Counted from the first letter of the stretch, positions 11,132 to 21,459 are shown. The stretch: DNA of 32,000 nt from Longivirga aurantiaca (GCF_042660085.1 NZ_JBHSTI010000008.1:1359876-1391875); one strand, 5' to 3'. Program-made: numbers and translations. Notes: generated by a model not told the origin, from the letters alone.

Positions 11132-11497
11132 TCAGCCGGTGACGGTGAGGGGGACGCGCTTCTCCTGGCCGCCGCCCTCGCACTTGACCTCGTAGGTGCC
11201 GGTCGTGACGTCGGCGGTGAAGGTCTTGGTGGTGGTCGTCAGGTCCTCGACCTCGCCGAGGATCTTGGTGAAGGCGCCGTTCTCCTCGGCGTAGAGGTAG
11301 ACCTCGCCGGTGCCCTCGCCGGTGTACGTCGCCGAGATCGTGATCTGGCCCTTCGGGACGCTCGTGGGCGAGACGTCGCAGGTGCCGACACCGGCCTTCA
11401 CCGTGACGGTCGCGACCGAGCTCGCGCTGCTGGAGCAGGCGGCAAGCGCAGGGACGACGAGCAGGGCGGCGGCAGCGGGCAGGACGATGCGGTTCAC
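11132..11497 (-). CDS. Small lipoprotein resembling the EfeO N-terminal cupredoxin domain
   Basis: Signal peptide with lipobox (LLVVPALAACSS), then ATVTVKAGVGTCDVSPTSVPKGQITISATYTGEGTGEVYLYAE...GTYEVKCEGG...VPLTVTG. Lies directly downstream of the FTR1 permease gene. Confidence 0.75.
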   Translation of the reverse strand: MNRIVLPAAAALLVVPALAACSSSASSVATVTVKAGVGTCDVSPTSVPKGQITISATYTGEGTGEVYLYAEENGAFTKILGEVEDLTTTTKTFTADVTTGTYEVKCEGGGQEKRVPLTVTG

Positions 11498-11558
11498 AGG
11501 GACGGGCCTTCCGGGAGGACGACGGTCGCGCGCCCCGTGCGCGCGTCCGGGAGATCGA

Positions 11559-12476
11559 TCAGGCAGTGGGGTCGGGCGTGCGCTCGACGAGCGCGGGCTC
11601 GACCTCGGTTGCGCCCGCGACGGTCGCGGCCGCGGCGGCGCGCTCGGCCTCCGTGGCGGGGACGACGACGGGCTTGGCGGCGCGGAAGTACAGGAACATC
11701 ACCGGCACGAGGTAGGCGAACCAGGCCGTGACCTCGAGGACGGTCATCGACGGCGAGATGTTGAGGATCCCCTTGAGCAGGGTCGCGATGATCGAGCCCG
11801 GGATGATCACCGAGGTCACGTCGAAGGCGATGTTGTCGAGGCCGGGCAGGATGCCGGCCTCCTGCAGGTCGTGGATGCCGTAGGCGAGGACGCCGGCCGC
11901 GACCACGATGAGGGCGGCGCCGGTCCACGTGAAGAACACAGCGAGGTTGAGGCGCAGGGCGCCGCGGTAGATGAGCCAGCCGAGGACGACGGCGGTGGCG
12001 AGGCCGAGCACGGCGCCGAGCACCGCGCTCCAGGCGCCGCCGTCGGACGACGTGGAGTTGATGGCGGACCACAGGAACAGCGCGGTCTCGAGGCCCTCGC
12101 GCGCGACGGCGATGAAGGCGACGACGGCGAGGGCGCCGCCGCCGACGGCGAGGGCGTTCTCGACCCGGCCGTGCAGCTCGCCCTTGAGGTTGCGGGACGC
12201 CTTCTTCATCCAGAAGACCATCCAGGTGACGAACCCGACGGCGATGAGCGACATGATGCCGCCGAACGCCTCCTGGGCCGTGAAGCTCATGCGCTGGCTC
12301 GTGAAGGTGAGCAGGGCGCCGAACGCGAGGGAGACGCCGATCGCGATGGCGACGCCGAGCCAGACGGCGCGGACACGGCCGTTGTTGCCGGTGCGGACGA
12401 GGTAGGCCACCAGGATGCCGACGACCAGCGAGGCTTCGAGCCCCTCGCGCAGGCCGATCAGGTAGTTGGCGAACAT
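11559..12476 (-). CDS. efeU: FTR1-family high-affinity iron permease
   Basis: 305-aa polytopic membrane protein with duplicated REGLE motifs (LREGLEASLVVGILVAYL, AREGLETALFLW). Confidence 0.93.
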   Translation of the reverse strand: MFANYLIGLREGLEASLVVGILVAYLVRTGNNGRVRAVWLGVAIAIGVSLAFGALLTFTSQRMSFTAQEAFGGIMSLIAVGFVTWMVFWMKKASRNLKGELHGRVENALAVGGGALAVVAFIAVAREGLETALFLWSAINSTSSDGGAWSAVLGAVLGLATAVVLGWLIYRGALRLNLAVFFTWTGAALIVVAAGVLAYGIHDLQEAGILPGLDNIAFDVTSVIIPGSIIATLLKGILNISPSMTVLEVTAWFAYLVPVMFLYFRAAKPVVVPATEAERAAAAATVAGATEVEPALVERTPDPTA

Positions 12477-12498
12477 GCTCTCTCCGATGCCCCAGCAG

Positions 12499-12517
12499 TG
12501 AACTAAGGGTTACCTAA
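12499..12517 (-). promoter_or_regulatory. Candidate DtxR/IdeR iron box upstream of efeU
   Basis: Minus-strand TTAGGTAACCCTTAGTTCA matches 15 of 19 positions of the consensus TWAGGTWAGSCTWACCTWA and sits about 23-41 nt upstream of the efeU start. Confidence 0.6.
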
Positions 12518-12530
12518 CCACAGGCGTCGG

Positions 12531-13928
12531 TCACGTCTCAACCGACGCGGGTGTGCCGTAGGACACCCCGTCAGTCCCGTCACCAGCAGCAGCGGCCTCG
12601 CCGTCGGCGGTGAGCCCGCTCGCGGCGCTCTCCTCGGCCTCGGCCCGCTCACGCTCCTGCTCGGCGGTCCAGGCGAGGGCGCCGAGCAGCACGGGGAGCA
12701 CGAGCTCGACCTGCCACGGGCGGGCGCCCCCGGCGCGCAGGGCGGCACCGACGTGCTCGGCATCCACCGCAGCCGGCGGCTGCCACAGGATGCGGCGGGC
12801 GAGATCGGGCGACACGAGGTTCTCGACCGGCATGCCGACCTCCTCGGCCACGGCGGTGAGGCCGCGGCGGGAGGCGGCGAGGCGGGCGGCGGCCTCGGGG
12901 TCCTTGTCGGCCCAGGCCCGCGGGGGCGGGGGGCCGTCCGAGAGCACGGACTGAGCGGGGAGGGCCGAGTCGGGCAGTGCCAGCGCGGCGTCGACCGCCG
13001 ACTGCCACTCGCCCATGTGGCGGCGGGCGCCCCGGCCGGTGAAGGCGGGCACTGCCTCGAGCGTGGTGAAGCCCGCCGAGGTCGCCGCGACGGCGGCAGC
13101 GACGATCGACGAGTCCGGCAGGATGCGGCCGGGGGAGATGTCGCGGCGCTGCGCGACCTCGTCCCGGCGCTGCCACAGGGCACGGACCACCCCGAGCTGC
13201 CGAGGACGCCGCAGCTTGTGCACGCCGGACGTACGGCGCCACGGGTCGACGCGGGGCGCCGGGGGCGCCGCGTCGCGCGCCGCGTCGAACTCCTGCAGGG
13301 CCCACGCGAGCTTGCCCTGCTCGACGAGCTGCTGCTCCAGCGCGTCGCGGAGCTCGACCAGGAGCTCGACGTCGAGGGCGGCGTAGCGCAACCAGGGCTC
13401 AGGAAGCGGGCGGGTGGACCAGTCGGCGGCCGAGTGCTCCTTGGCCAGCGAGTAGCCGAGGACCTCTTCGAGGAGGGCGGCGAGGCCGACCCTGGCGAAC
13501 CCGAGCAGGCGGCCGGCGAGCTCCGTGTCGAACAGCCGGGCCGGCGTGAGCCCGATCTCGCGCAGGCAGGGGAGGTCCTGGGACGCCGCGTGCAGCACCC
13601 ACTCGGTGCCCTCGAGGGCCGCTGCGAGCGGAGCGAGGTCGGGCACGGCCATCGGGTCGACGAGGTGGGTGCCGCTGCCGGCGCGGCGCAGCTGGACCAG
13701 GTAGGCGCGCTGGCCGTAGCGGTAGCCCGACGCGCGCTCGGCGTCGATCGCGACGGGGCCCGACCCTCCGGCGATCGCGTCGGCCGCGGCCTGCAGCTGC
13801 GCGGGGGTGACGACGACGTGGGGCACGCCGTCGCGCGGGGCCACGAGGGCGACGACCGCGCGCTCCGGGGCCTCGGCGCTCTCGGACGTGCCGGGGGCAG
13901 CCGTCAGGGTGCCCTCGGAGTCGCTCAC
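12531..13928 (-). CDS. Ribonuclease D / HRDC domain-containing protein
   Basis: DEDD exonuclease-like motifs (PVAIDAERASGYRYGQRAYLVQLRR, LEGTEWVLHAASQDLPCLREIGL, FDTELAGRLLGFARVGLAALLEEVLG, YAALDVELLVELRDAL) and an HRDC-like C-terminal region. Confidence 0.92.
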   Translation of the reverse strand: MSDSEGTLTAAPGTSESAEAPERAVVALVAPRDGVPHVVVTPAQLQAAADAIAGGSGPVAIDAERASGYRYGQRAYLVQLRRAGSGTHLVDPMAVPDLAPLAAALEGTEWVLHAASQDLPCLREIGLTPARLFDTELAGRLLGFARVGLAALLEEVLGYSLAKEHSAADWSTRPLPEPWLRYAALDVELLVELRDALEQQLVEQGKLAWALQEFDAARDAAPPAPRVDPWRRTSGVHKLRRPRQLGVVRALWQRRDEVAQRRDISPGRILPDSSIVAAAVAATSAGFTTLEAVPAFTGRGARRHMGEWQSAVDAALALPDSALPAQSVLSDGPPPPRAWADKDPEAAARLAASRRGLTAVAEEVGMPVENLVSPDLARRILWQPPAAVDAEHVGAALRAGGARPWQVELVLPVLLGALAWTAEQERERAEAEESAASGLTADGEAAAAGDGTDGVSYGTPASVET

Positions 13929-14050
13929 GCTCTAGAGGATAGGGACTGTCCGGGAAGGTCAGCGCCGCAGCGGCCCCCACGGCGAGCCCCGACGCGACGA
14001 CGCCGCCCCGAAGGGCGGCGTCGTGAGCGTGCGGATAGCGGTGCGGAAGG

Positions 14051-14686
14051 TCAGCGGACCAGGCCGGAGCGCATCGCGTGGGCGACCATCTCGGCGCGGT
14101 CGCCGGTTCCGACCTTGCGGGCGATGCGGGCGAGGTGGCTCTTGACCGTGAGGGCGGAGAGCCCGAGGGCGTCGCCGATCTCCTTGTTGGAGCGTCCCTC
14201 GGAGACGAGCTGGAGCACCTCGACCTCGCGGGCGGAGAGCTCGTCCGGGGCGCCGCCGCGGGGGCGGATGCGCGCGACCGGCATCGCGGGGACGCCGTCC
14301 GGCTCGTCGGGGGTCACGATGTAGCAGCGCACGCCGGCGGTGATCGCGGCGCGGACGGCGTACGGGTCGTCGCGGACGGTCAGGAGCACGACGCGGCGCC
14401 AGCCGGCGGCACGCAGGTCGGCCAGCAGCGGGAGCGCGGGACCGTCCGGGAGGGCGCCGTCGATGACGACGAGGTCCCGGGGGCCGTCGTACGCCGCGCG
14501 GACGCGGGCCTCGGTGCCGCTCGCGGCCTCGACGACCTCACGTGCACCGAGCATGCGCAGCCGTCCGCACAGACCCTGACGTCGTGCTGCGGACTCCGCG
14601 ACCACGAGAGCGGAAAAGCGTGCCCTCGGCAGCGGAACGACCGCCGACGGGCGCTCGACAAGTGCGACCACGGCCAGCCCCTTCAC
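14051..14686 (-). CDS. LuxR-family response regulator-like transcription factor
   Basis: C-terminal HTH LSAREVEVLQLVSEGRSNKEIGDALGLSALTVKSHLARIARKVGTGDRAEMVAHAMRSGLVR; receiver-like N-terminus with LVVIDGALPDG. Confidence 0.88.
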   Translation of the reverse strand: MKGLAVVALVERPSAVVPLPRARFSALVVAESAARRQGLCGRLRMLGAREVVEAASGTEARVRAAYDGPRDLVVIDGALPDGPALPLLADLRAAGWRRVVLLTVRDDPYAVRAAITAGVRCYIVTPDEPDGVPAMPVARIRPRGGAPDELSAREVEVLQLVSEGRSNKEIGDALGLSALTVKSHLARIARKVGTGDRAEMVAHAMRSGLVR

Positions 14687-14885
14687 CTCGTGCCGGTCAC
14701 TGTCCGTCCGGCTTCACAAGGGGTATCGGCCCGTACCGGAGGGGTCTTGACCTGCGCAGGAGCCCGAAGGTGTCACCCGATGGGGTGGTTGCCGACGACC
14801 GGTCAGTCACTCTCCGCGACCACGGGCCCGTGGGAGCGCGATCTGGACAGAAGCGGACAGGTCGGGCACACGACCCGGGACAGGG

Positions 14886-15437
14886 CTAGGAGCGACGCGC
14901 GAGCGGCAGGCTCGCGACGCCGACCGGCAGCGGCTGCAGGCCGGCCACGCGGGCGAGCACGTCGGCCCACGCCAGCAGGTGCGGCCCGATGTCCGGGCTG
15001 CCCGGGGTCCAGGAGGCGCGGATCTCGACGTCCCCGCTCGGGGGGCGGTCCTCGATGGCGCCGAACGACTGCGACGCCGTCCGGGTCACGGTGCCGGACT
15101 CGGCCCGGCTGAGCGCCCCTCGCTCGTCCAGGGACTCGAGCAGCCACGACCAGGCGACCTCGGTGAGCATCGGGTCCTGGGCGATGTCGAGCTCGACCGT
15201 GCCCTTGCTGAACGAGACGACGCGGAACTGGCCGTCCCACGGCTCCTGGCCGGCGGGGTCGTGCAGCAGCACGAAGCGCCCGCTCGCGACCTCCTCGTCG
15301 CCCACCACGACCTCGGCCTGGAGCGCCACGGCGTAGGGCGAGAGCCGCTGCGGGGCAGGGGTCTCCTCGACCGTGATCTCGCTGCGGAGGCTCACGCTCC
15401 GGATGCTCTCGAGCGCAGCCGTGAACGACGGGGGCAC
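14886..15437 (-). CDS. DUF3000-family protein
   Basis: Typical family text ([39 protein letters not shown] ... [22 protein letters not shown]). Start uncertain; GTG at 15437 proposed, with alternative GTG starts further upstream. Confidence 0.8.
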   Translation of the reverse strand: MPPSFTAALESIRSVSLRSEITVEETPAPQRLSPYAVALQAEVVVGDEEVASGRFVLLHDPAGQEPWDGQFRVVSFSKGTVELDIAQDPMLTEVAWSWLLESLDERGALSRAESGTVTRTASQSFGAIEDRPPSGDVEIRASWTPGSPDIGPHLLAWADVLARVAGLQPLPVGVASLPLARRS

Positions 15438-15597
15438 CGGTTCGTCGGTGCCGCCGCCCGAGTCACGGCGTCGAGCGCTCACAGGGCCGAGAGTAGGTCG
15501 CGGGGGCGGCCGGGACGTGCAGGATGCGCGCGGGACGGCGCGTCGCGACGCTCTGTGCCGATTCGACCCGGCATCGGGCCGGTGCGACGATCGACCG

Positions 15598-16695
15598 GTG
15601 ACCGATCTCGAGAGCACCGTCGCCCCGACCGCTGCCCTGCCCGACACGCACCCCCTGGTCGACGGGCGCACCGCCGCGTCGCCGCTCGTGCTGGCCGCCC
15701 GGCGTCAGCCGGTGCCGCACACGCCGGTGTGGTTCATGCGCCAGGCCGGTCGCTCGCTGCCGGAGTACCGCGCCGTCCGCGCGGGCGTCCCCATGCTCGA
15801 GTCGTGCTTCACGACCGACCTCGTCACCGAGATCACGCTGCAGCCGGTGCGCCGGTACGGCGTCGACGCGGCCATCTTCTTCAGCGACATCGTGGTGCCG
15901 CTCAAGGCGATCGGCGTCGACCTCGACATCGTCCCGGGCGTCGGCCCGGTCGTGGCGCAGCCGTTCCGCACCGAGTCCGACGTCGACCGCCTCCGCGACC
16001 TCACCCCGGACGACGTCGCGCCCGTGCTCGCCGCGGTGACGGCGCTGACCGGCGAGCTCGGCTCGACGCCGTTGATCGGCTTCGCAGGAGCGCCGTTCAC
16101 GCTCGCGTCGTACCTCGTCGAGGGCGGCCCCAGCCGGGATCACGCGCAGACCAAGGCCCTCATGTACAGCCGCCCCGACGTGTGGCACGCGCTGCTCGGA
16201 CGGCTCGCCGACATCGCCGGCACGTTTCTGCGCCAGCAGGTCCTCGCAGGGGCCAGCGCGATCCAGCTCTTCGACTCGTGGGTCGGCGCGCTCCCGGCGC
16301 GCGACTACCGCGAGTACGTCCAGCCGCACTCGCGCACCGCGCTGTCGTACGTCGCCGACCTCGGCGTGCCGCGGATCCACTTCGGCGTCGGCACGGGCGA
16401 GCTCCTCGCCGACATGCGCGACGCGGGGGCCGACGTCGTCGGCGTCGACTTCCGGGTGCCGCTGTCCGAGGCCGCGCGCCGCGTCGGGCCCCACCATGCG
16501 CTGCAGGGCAACCTCGACCCCGGCGTCCTGTTCGCCGACGTCGAGTCCGTCGAGGCCCGCACGCGCCAGGTGCTCGCCGACGCGGAGGGGCTCCCGGGCC
16601 ACGTGTTCAACCTCGGCCACGGGGTCCTGCCCGAGACGAACCCGGACATGCTCAAGCGCGTCGTCGACCTGGTCCACGCCGAGACGGCCCGCTGA
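15598..16695 (+). CDS. hemE: Uroporphyrinogen decarboxylase
   Basis: [78 protein letters not shown]. Likely GTG start at 15598 ([14 protein letters not shown]). Confidence 0.96.
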   Translation: MTDLESTVAPTAALPDTHPLVDGRTAASPLVLAARRQPVPHTPVWFMRQAGRSLPEYRAVRAGVPMLESCFTTDLVTEITLQPVRRYGVDAAIFFSDIVVPLKAIGVDLDIVPGVGPVVAQPFRTESDVDRLRDLTPDDVAPVLAAVTALTGELGSTPLIGFAGAPFTLASYLVEGGPSRDHAQTKALMYSRPDVWHALLGRLADIAGTFLRQQVLAGASAIQLFDSWVGALPARDYREYVQPHSRTALSYVADLGVPRIHFGVGTGELLADMRDAGADVVGVDFRVPLSEAARRVGPHHALQGNLDPGVLFADVESVEARTRQVLADAEGLPGHVFNLGHGVLPETNPDMLKRVVDLVHAETAR

Positions 16696-16704
16696 CCGAT
16701 CGCG

Positions 16705-17726
16705 TCAGAACGACTCGACCGGCGGAGCCGGCTGGGCTGCGGGCGCGGTCGGGCGGCGGCCGCGGCGGACGAGCCACCAGATCAGCAGGCCCAGGGGCAC
16801 GAGCACCAGCAGGAACGGGACCAGCGCGCCGATCACGGTGAGCGCGACGACCGCCGCGCCGGTGAAGGCGTCCCAGCCGGCGGAGAGGCCGGCGAGGAAC
16901 CCCGTCTCCTCCTCCACCACGACCGGTGCCTGCTCGTCGACGAGCCGGACGGTGACCGTGGCCTGGGCGGTCTGGTCGGCGAGCACGCGCTGCTGCGCCT
17001 GGAGCGACTCGAGGTCGGCCTGGCGGCGGCTCAGCTCGGCCTCGAGCGTCACGACGTCCGCGATGGTGACGGCCTTGTCCATGAGCACGCGCACCCGGGC
17101 GAGGGAGGCCCTCGCCGTCTCGAGCCGCGCGTCCACGTCGGCGACCTGCCCGGAGACGTCCTCGGTGGTCCGGTACGACGCCTCGACGGTGCCGAGGGCG
17201 GAGAGGTCGCGGATCAGGTCGTCGACCTCGTCGTTGTCGACACGGTAGGTGGTGGTGGACGACGCGTAGCTGGTCGGGCAGCCCGTGCTCGGGCAGGTGG
17301 CCACGCCCTGGTCGTCCACCGCCATCGGCTCGGGCACCGGGAGGATGTCGCCCTCCGACGTCGTCTGGCTGGCGATCACGGCCCCGTGGCGGCCGGCTGC
17401 GAGCGCCATGCCGGCGTACGCCGCATCGAGGTCGTCGACGCGGACGGTCATGTCGGCGCGCACGATGACCGAGCGGGCGACCGACACCTCGAGCGGCTGG
17501 CTGCCACCGTCGCCCCTGCCCTCGCCAGAGGAGTCGGTGACTACCCCGCCGCCCGTGCCGACCGCCGGCGCGGGCGCCTCCAGGCCGCGGTCGCCGGACG
17601 CGCCGGCGCTGTCGCTGCTGCCCGACGCGGCGCACCCGGTGAGCAGGAGCCCGGCGACGGCGACCGAGGCGGCGAGGGCCGCCGTACGCCTGCGGGCGGT
17701 GCGGGCTGCGGTGGTGGTCGACATGA
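16705..17726 (-). CDS. DUF4349-type lipoprotein
   Basis: Start MSTTTAARTARRR at 17726, lipobox VAGLLLTGCAAS, coiled-coil region and C-terminal TM segment with basic tail. Confidence 0.82.
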
Positions 17727-17846
17727 CGTCCTCCCGGGATGCGGCCGTGCGGGTCGTTGGCTCGGACGTGACCTCGGGCACAGCGGTTCCGGGTGCGAAG
17801 GTCTCGGAACGGCGACGGTTGCGGGGGAGTGGCAGGGTAGGTCGCT

Positions 17847-19310
17847 GTGACAGCACCGACTCCTGACCGCCGCCCCCACGTCGTGATCGTCGGCGGCGGC
17901 ATCTCCGGCCTCGCCGCCGCCTGGCGCCTGGCGCGCCTGCGGCACGACCTCGACATCACCGTGCTCGAGGGCTCGCCGTCCGTCGGCGGCAAGCTGCGGG
18001 TCAGCGAGCTCGAGGGGATCGCCGTAGACGAGGGCGCCGAGTCGATGATCGCCACCCGCCCCGAGGCGGTGGCCCTCGCGCGCGAGGTCGGTCTCGGCGA
18101 CGACCTCGTGCACCCGGCCGTGGCCGCACCCAGCCTGTTCCTCGACAACGACCTCGTGCCGCTCCCCAGCGGTCTGATGATGGGTGTCCCGACCGACCTC
18201 ACCTCCCTCGCCCGCTCGGGCGTCATCACGCCGCAGGGCCTCGCCCGGATCCCGCTCGACCACGTGCTCCCGGCGACGCGGATCGGCGACGACATCTCGA
18301 TCGGCGAGTACGTCGCGCGCAGGGTGGGGCCCGAGGTGGTCGTGAAGCTCGTGGCGCCGCTGCTGATGGGCGTGTACGCCGACCGGCCGGTGAACATCTC
18401 GATGCGCGTGGCCGCACCCGCCCTGTTCGCCGCCGCGCAGCAGGAGCGCTCGCTGCTCGAGGCGGCCAAGGCGGCGCGCAGCCGCTCCACGGCGATCGCG
18501 ACGGCCGGCCCGGTCTTCGCCGGGATCCGCGGCGGAGTCGGACGGTTCCCCGTGGTGCTGGCCGAGAGGCTCGTTGCAGCCGGCGTGACGATCGAGACCG
18601 GCGTGTCCGTGCGGGACGTGGTCCGCGCTCCGCGGGGCTGGCGGGTCGAGACCGGTGCCACCAACGACGTGCGCAGCATCGACGCCGACGCCGTCATCCT
18701 CGCCGTGCCGGCTCCCGTGGCGGCACGGCTGGCGAAGGGCCTCTCGGTGCAGGCCGAGGCCGAGCTCTCCGAGCTCGAGGTGACGTCCGTCGCCGTGGTC
18801 ACGCACCTCTACCGCCGCGACGACCTTCCCGCCGGCGACCTCCCGGAGGGCAGCGGCTACCTCACTCCGTCGGACGCGCGCCGCCCGGTGAAGGCCGCGA
18901 CGTTCGCCTCGCACAAGTGGCAGTGGATCGACGACGCCGTCGCCCCGCGGGGACTCGCCGCGGTGCGCTGCTCGATGGGCATGGCGGACGACGTCGAGGT
19001 GCTGCAGCGCGACGACGACGACCTCGCCAGGCTCGCCGCCGACGACCTCGCGTTCGCCGCGCGGCTCGGCAGGGCTCGACCCGTCGCCTCGCGCGTGACG
19101 CGCTGGGGAGGCGGCCTGCCTCGGTATGCCGTGGGGCACGTCGACCGTGCCGAGCGGATCGTGGCGGCCCTGCAGTCGCTGCCCGGCATGGCGGTGTGCG
19201 GGGCGGCGTACGACGGTGTCGGGATCGCCGCGTGCATCGGCCGCGCCGACAAGGCGGCGACCCACATCTCGCAGGGCCTCGGATCTCACGGAGAATGGCG
19301 TCATGGCTGA
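17847..19310 (+). CDS. hemG: Protoporphyrinogen/coproporphyrinogen oxidase (HemY/CgoX family)
   Basis: FAD-binding [56 protein letters not shown]-terminal [24 protein letters not shown]. The flavoenzyme type is also named hemY/cgoX. Confidence 0.93.
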   Translation: MTAPTPDRRPHVVIVGGGISGLAAAWRLARLRHDLDITVLEGSPSVGGKLRVSELEGIAVDEGAESMIATRPEAVALAREVGLGDDLVHPAVAAPSLFLDNDLVPLPSGLMMGVPTDLTSLARSGVITPQGLARIPLDHVLPATRIGDDISIGEYVARRVGPEVVVKLVAPLLMGVYADRPVNISMRVAAPALFAAAQQERSLLEAAKAARSRSTAIATAGPVFAGIRGGVGRFPVVLAERLVAAGVTIETGVSVRDVVRAPRGWRVETGATNDVRSIDADAVILAVPAPVAARLAKGLSVQAEAELSELEVTSVAVVTHLYRRDDLPAGDLPEGSGYLTPSDARRPVKAATFASHKWQWIDDAVAPRGLAAVRCSMGMADDVEVLQRDDDDLARLAADDLAFAARLGRARPVASRVTRWGGGLPRYAVGHVDRAERIVAALQSLPGMAVCGAAYDGVGIAACIGRADKAATHISQGLGSHGEWRHG

Positions 19311-20046
19311 CAACGGCACGAAGTCTGACAAGCCCGGCAAGGGCAAGCGCCCGCAGCAGGGCAAGGTGGCCAAGGAGATCAACGAGCAGATCCGCTACAC
19401 GACCTGGTCGGTCTTCACGAGCGTGACGCCGATCGGCGACGCCGACCGGGCGCCGCTGGTCGCCGAGGTCGAGGCGCTCGTCGAGCAGCTGGCGGCCAAG
19501 GACGTCGTGGTGCGCGGCTTCTACGACGTGAGCGCGCTGCGCGCCGACGCCGACGTCGTCCTGTGGATGCACGCCGAGACCTCCGACGCCCTGCAGGATG
19601 CCTACCACCGCTTCCGGCGCACGGCGTTCGGCAGCACCCTCGCGCCGGTGTGGTCGCAGATGGCGCTGCACCGGCCGGCCGAGTTCAACAAGTCGCACGT
19701 ACCCGCGTTCCTCGCCGACGAGAACGCCAAGGACTACGTCTGCATCTACCCGTTCGTGCGGTCGTACGAGTGGTACCTGCTGCCCGACGAGGAGCGGCGC
19801 GAGCTGCTGGTCGAGCACGGCCAGATGGGTCGCGACTTCCCCGACGTGCGCGCCAACACCGTCGCCTCGTTCGCCCTCGGCGACTACGAGTGGATCCTCG
19901 CGTTCGAGGCCGACGAGCTGCACCGCATCGTCGACCTGATGCGCCACCTGCGCGGCAGCCGCGCGCGCCTGCACGTCCGCGAGGAGATCCCGTTCTACAC
20001 CGGCCGCCGCCGCGAGGTGCACGAGCTGATCGCCGCCCTGCCGTAG
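19303..20046 (+). CDS. hemQ: Coproheme decarboxylase (chlorite dismutase-like HemQ/ChdC)
   Basis: [21 protein letters not shown]-equivalent region [64 protein letters not shown]. Start ATG 19303 overlaps the hemG stop. Confidence 0.94.
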   Translation: MADNGTKSDKPGKGKRPQQGKVAKEINEQIRYTTWSVFTSVTPIGDADRAPLVAEVEALVEQLAAKDVVVRGFYDVSALRADADVVLWMHAETSDALQDAYHRFRRTAFGSTLAPVWSQMALHRPAEFNKSHVPAFLADENAKDYVCIYPFVRSYEWYLLPDEERRELLVEHGQMGRDFPDVRANTVASFALGDYEWILAFEADELHRIVDLMRHLRGSRARLHVREEIPFYTGRRREVHELIAALP

Positions 20047-20068
20047 CGCGGGGTGAGAGGGTCGACCC

Positions 20069-20842
20069 ATGACTGCAGCCACTGTCGCCCGGATCTCCAT
20101 CGCACCGGTGAAGAGCCTGGGGCTCGTGCACCCGGACTCGGTCGAGCTCACGGCGTACGGAGTCGAGGGCGACCGCGTGTTCGCGGTGATCGACGCCGAC
20201 GGCAAGCTGGCCAACGGCACGAAGCACGGGCCGCTGGTCCGCGTGCGCACGGCGTACGACGGCACCCGGCTCACGCTGACGCTGCCGGACGGCACCGAGG
20301 TGAGCGACGACGTACGCCTCGGCGAGGCGCTGACACCGGTGTTCTACGGCGAGGGTCGCGCGGCCCGACTGGTCGGGGGACCGTTCGCCGAGGCGTTGAG
20401 CACCGTCGACGGGTCGCCGCTGCGGCTCGTGCGGATGGACGACGGCGAAGGCATCGACCGGCCGGGCGACGGCACGGTGTCGCTGTTGTCGACCGCGGCC
20501 CTCACCGCCATGGCCGACCAGGCAGGGGAGGTCGAGCCCGTCGACGGCCGCCGCTTCCGGATGACGTTCCTGCTCGACGGCGTGCCCGCGCACCAGGAGG
20601 ACGCCTGGCTCGGGGGCGAGGTGCGCATCGGTGCAGCGGTGGTCCGGGTGGCCGGCAACATCGGGCGCTGCTCGATCACGCAGCAGGACCCGGACACCGG
20701 CCTCAAGAGCTTCGATACGTTGAAGCTCATCCACGCCGCACGCGGCGCGATGCCGACGACCGAGCCGCTGCCCTTCGGCGTCCACGCCGAGGTCGTGACG
20801 CCGGGCCTGGTCTCGGTCGGCGACGTGGTCGAGCCGGTCTGA
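20069..20842 (+). CDS. MOSC domain-containing protein
   Basis: ARISIAPVKSLGLVHPDSVELTAYGVEGDRVFAVID and GNIGRCSITQQDPDTGLKSFDTLKLIHAARG. Confidence 0.9.
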   Translation: MTAATVARISIAPVKSLGLVHPDSVELTAYGVEGDRVFAVIDADGKLANGTKHGPLVRVRTAYDGTRLTLTLPDGTEVSDDVRLGEALTPVFYGEGRAARLVGGPFAEALSTVDGSPLRLVRMDDGEGIDRPGDGTVSLLSTAALTAMADQAGEVEPVDGRRFRMTFLLDGVPAHQEDAWLGGEVRIGAAVVRVAGNIGRCSITQQDPDTGLKSFDTLKLIHAARGAMPTTEPLPFGVHAEVVTPGLVSVGDVVEPV

Positions 20843-20850
20843 CGACCGGC

Positions 20851-20906
20851 CTCACGCACCGAGGTGCCAGAAACCCATTGCGGTCCCTGGCACTTCCGTG
20901 GGTGAG
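20851..20906. repeat. Intergenic imperfect inverted repeat (20-bp arms, 16-nt loop)
   Basis: ctcacgcaccgaggtgccag (20851-20870) and ctggcacttccgtgggtgag (20887-20906); arms pair at 17 of 20 positions. Lies between the convergent MOSC and msrB genes. Confidence 0.65.
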
Positions 20907-20914
20907 GCGTACGG

Positions 20915-21358
20915 CTACTCGGCGGGGGCGAGCTTGATGCTGACCGAGTTGATGCAGTAGCGCTGGTCGGTGGGGGTGCCGTAGCCCTCGCCCTCGAACA
21001 CGTGGCCCAGGTGGCTGCCGCAGCTGGCGCAGCGCACCTCGACGCGCTTCATGCCCATCGTGCGGTCCTCGAGCAGGATCACGGACTCGCCCGCGAGCGG
21101 CGACCAGAACGACGGCCAGCCGCAGTGCGAGTCGAACTTCGTGTCGCTGGTGAACAGCACGGCGTCGCACGCGCGGCAGGTATAGGTGCCGGCGGTCTTG
21201 GTGTCGGTGTACTCGCCCGTGAACGCGCGCTCGGTGCCCGCCTCGCGGAGCACGTGGTACTCCGTCGGCGACAGCACCGCCTTCCAGTCGTCCTCGGACT
21301 TCACGATGTCGAAGGGCGTGCCGTCGGGCTTCACGGTGGGCATGGGTCCTGTGCTCAT
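20915..21358 (-). CDS. msrB: Peptide-methionine (R)-S-oxide reductase
   Basis: YHVLREAGTERAFTGEYTDTKTAGTYTCRACDAVLFTSDTKFDSHCGWPSFW, RVEVRCASCGSHLGHVFEGEG, RYCINSVSI. Start at 21358 (MSTGPMPTVKPDG) or 21343. Confidence 0.96.
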   Translation of the reverse strand: MSTGPMPTVKPDGTPFDIVKSEDDWKAVLSPTEYHVLREAGTERAFTGEYTDTKTAGTYTCRACDAVLFTSDTKFDSHCGWPSFWSPLAGESVILLEDRTMGMKRVEVRCASCGSHLGHVFEGEGYGTPTDQRYCINSVSIKLAPAE

Positions 21359-21459
21359 GGCACCGAACGTACGTCGCCACAGGGTGCCGAGCCAGCCGGA
21401 AGCCATGACAGAACGCTTACACGTCCCCACTGAACCCGCAGCCCGGCTAGCGTCCCTCC

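Noticed and set aside
17541-19382. 613-aa minus-strand ORF over the haem oxidase gene
   Set aside because: Shadow frame; the plus strand encodes a clear FAD-binding protoporphyrinogen/coproporphyrinogen oxidase.
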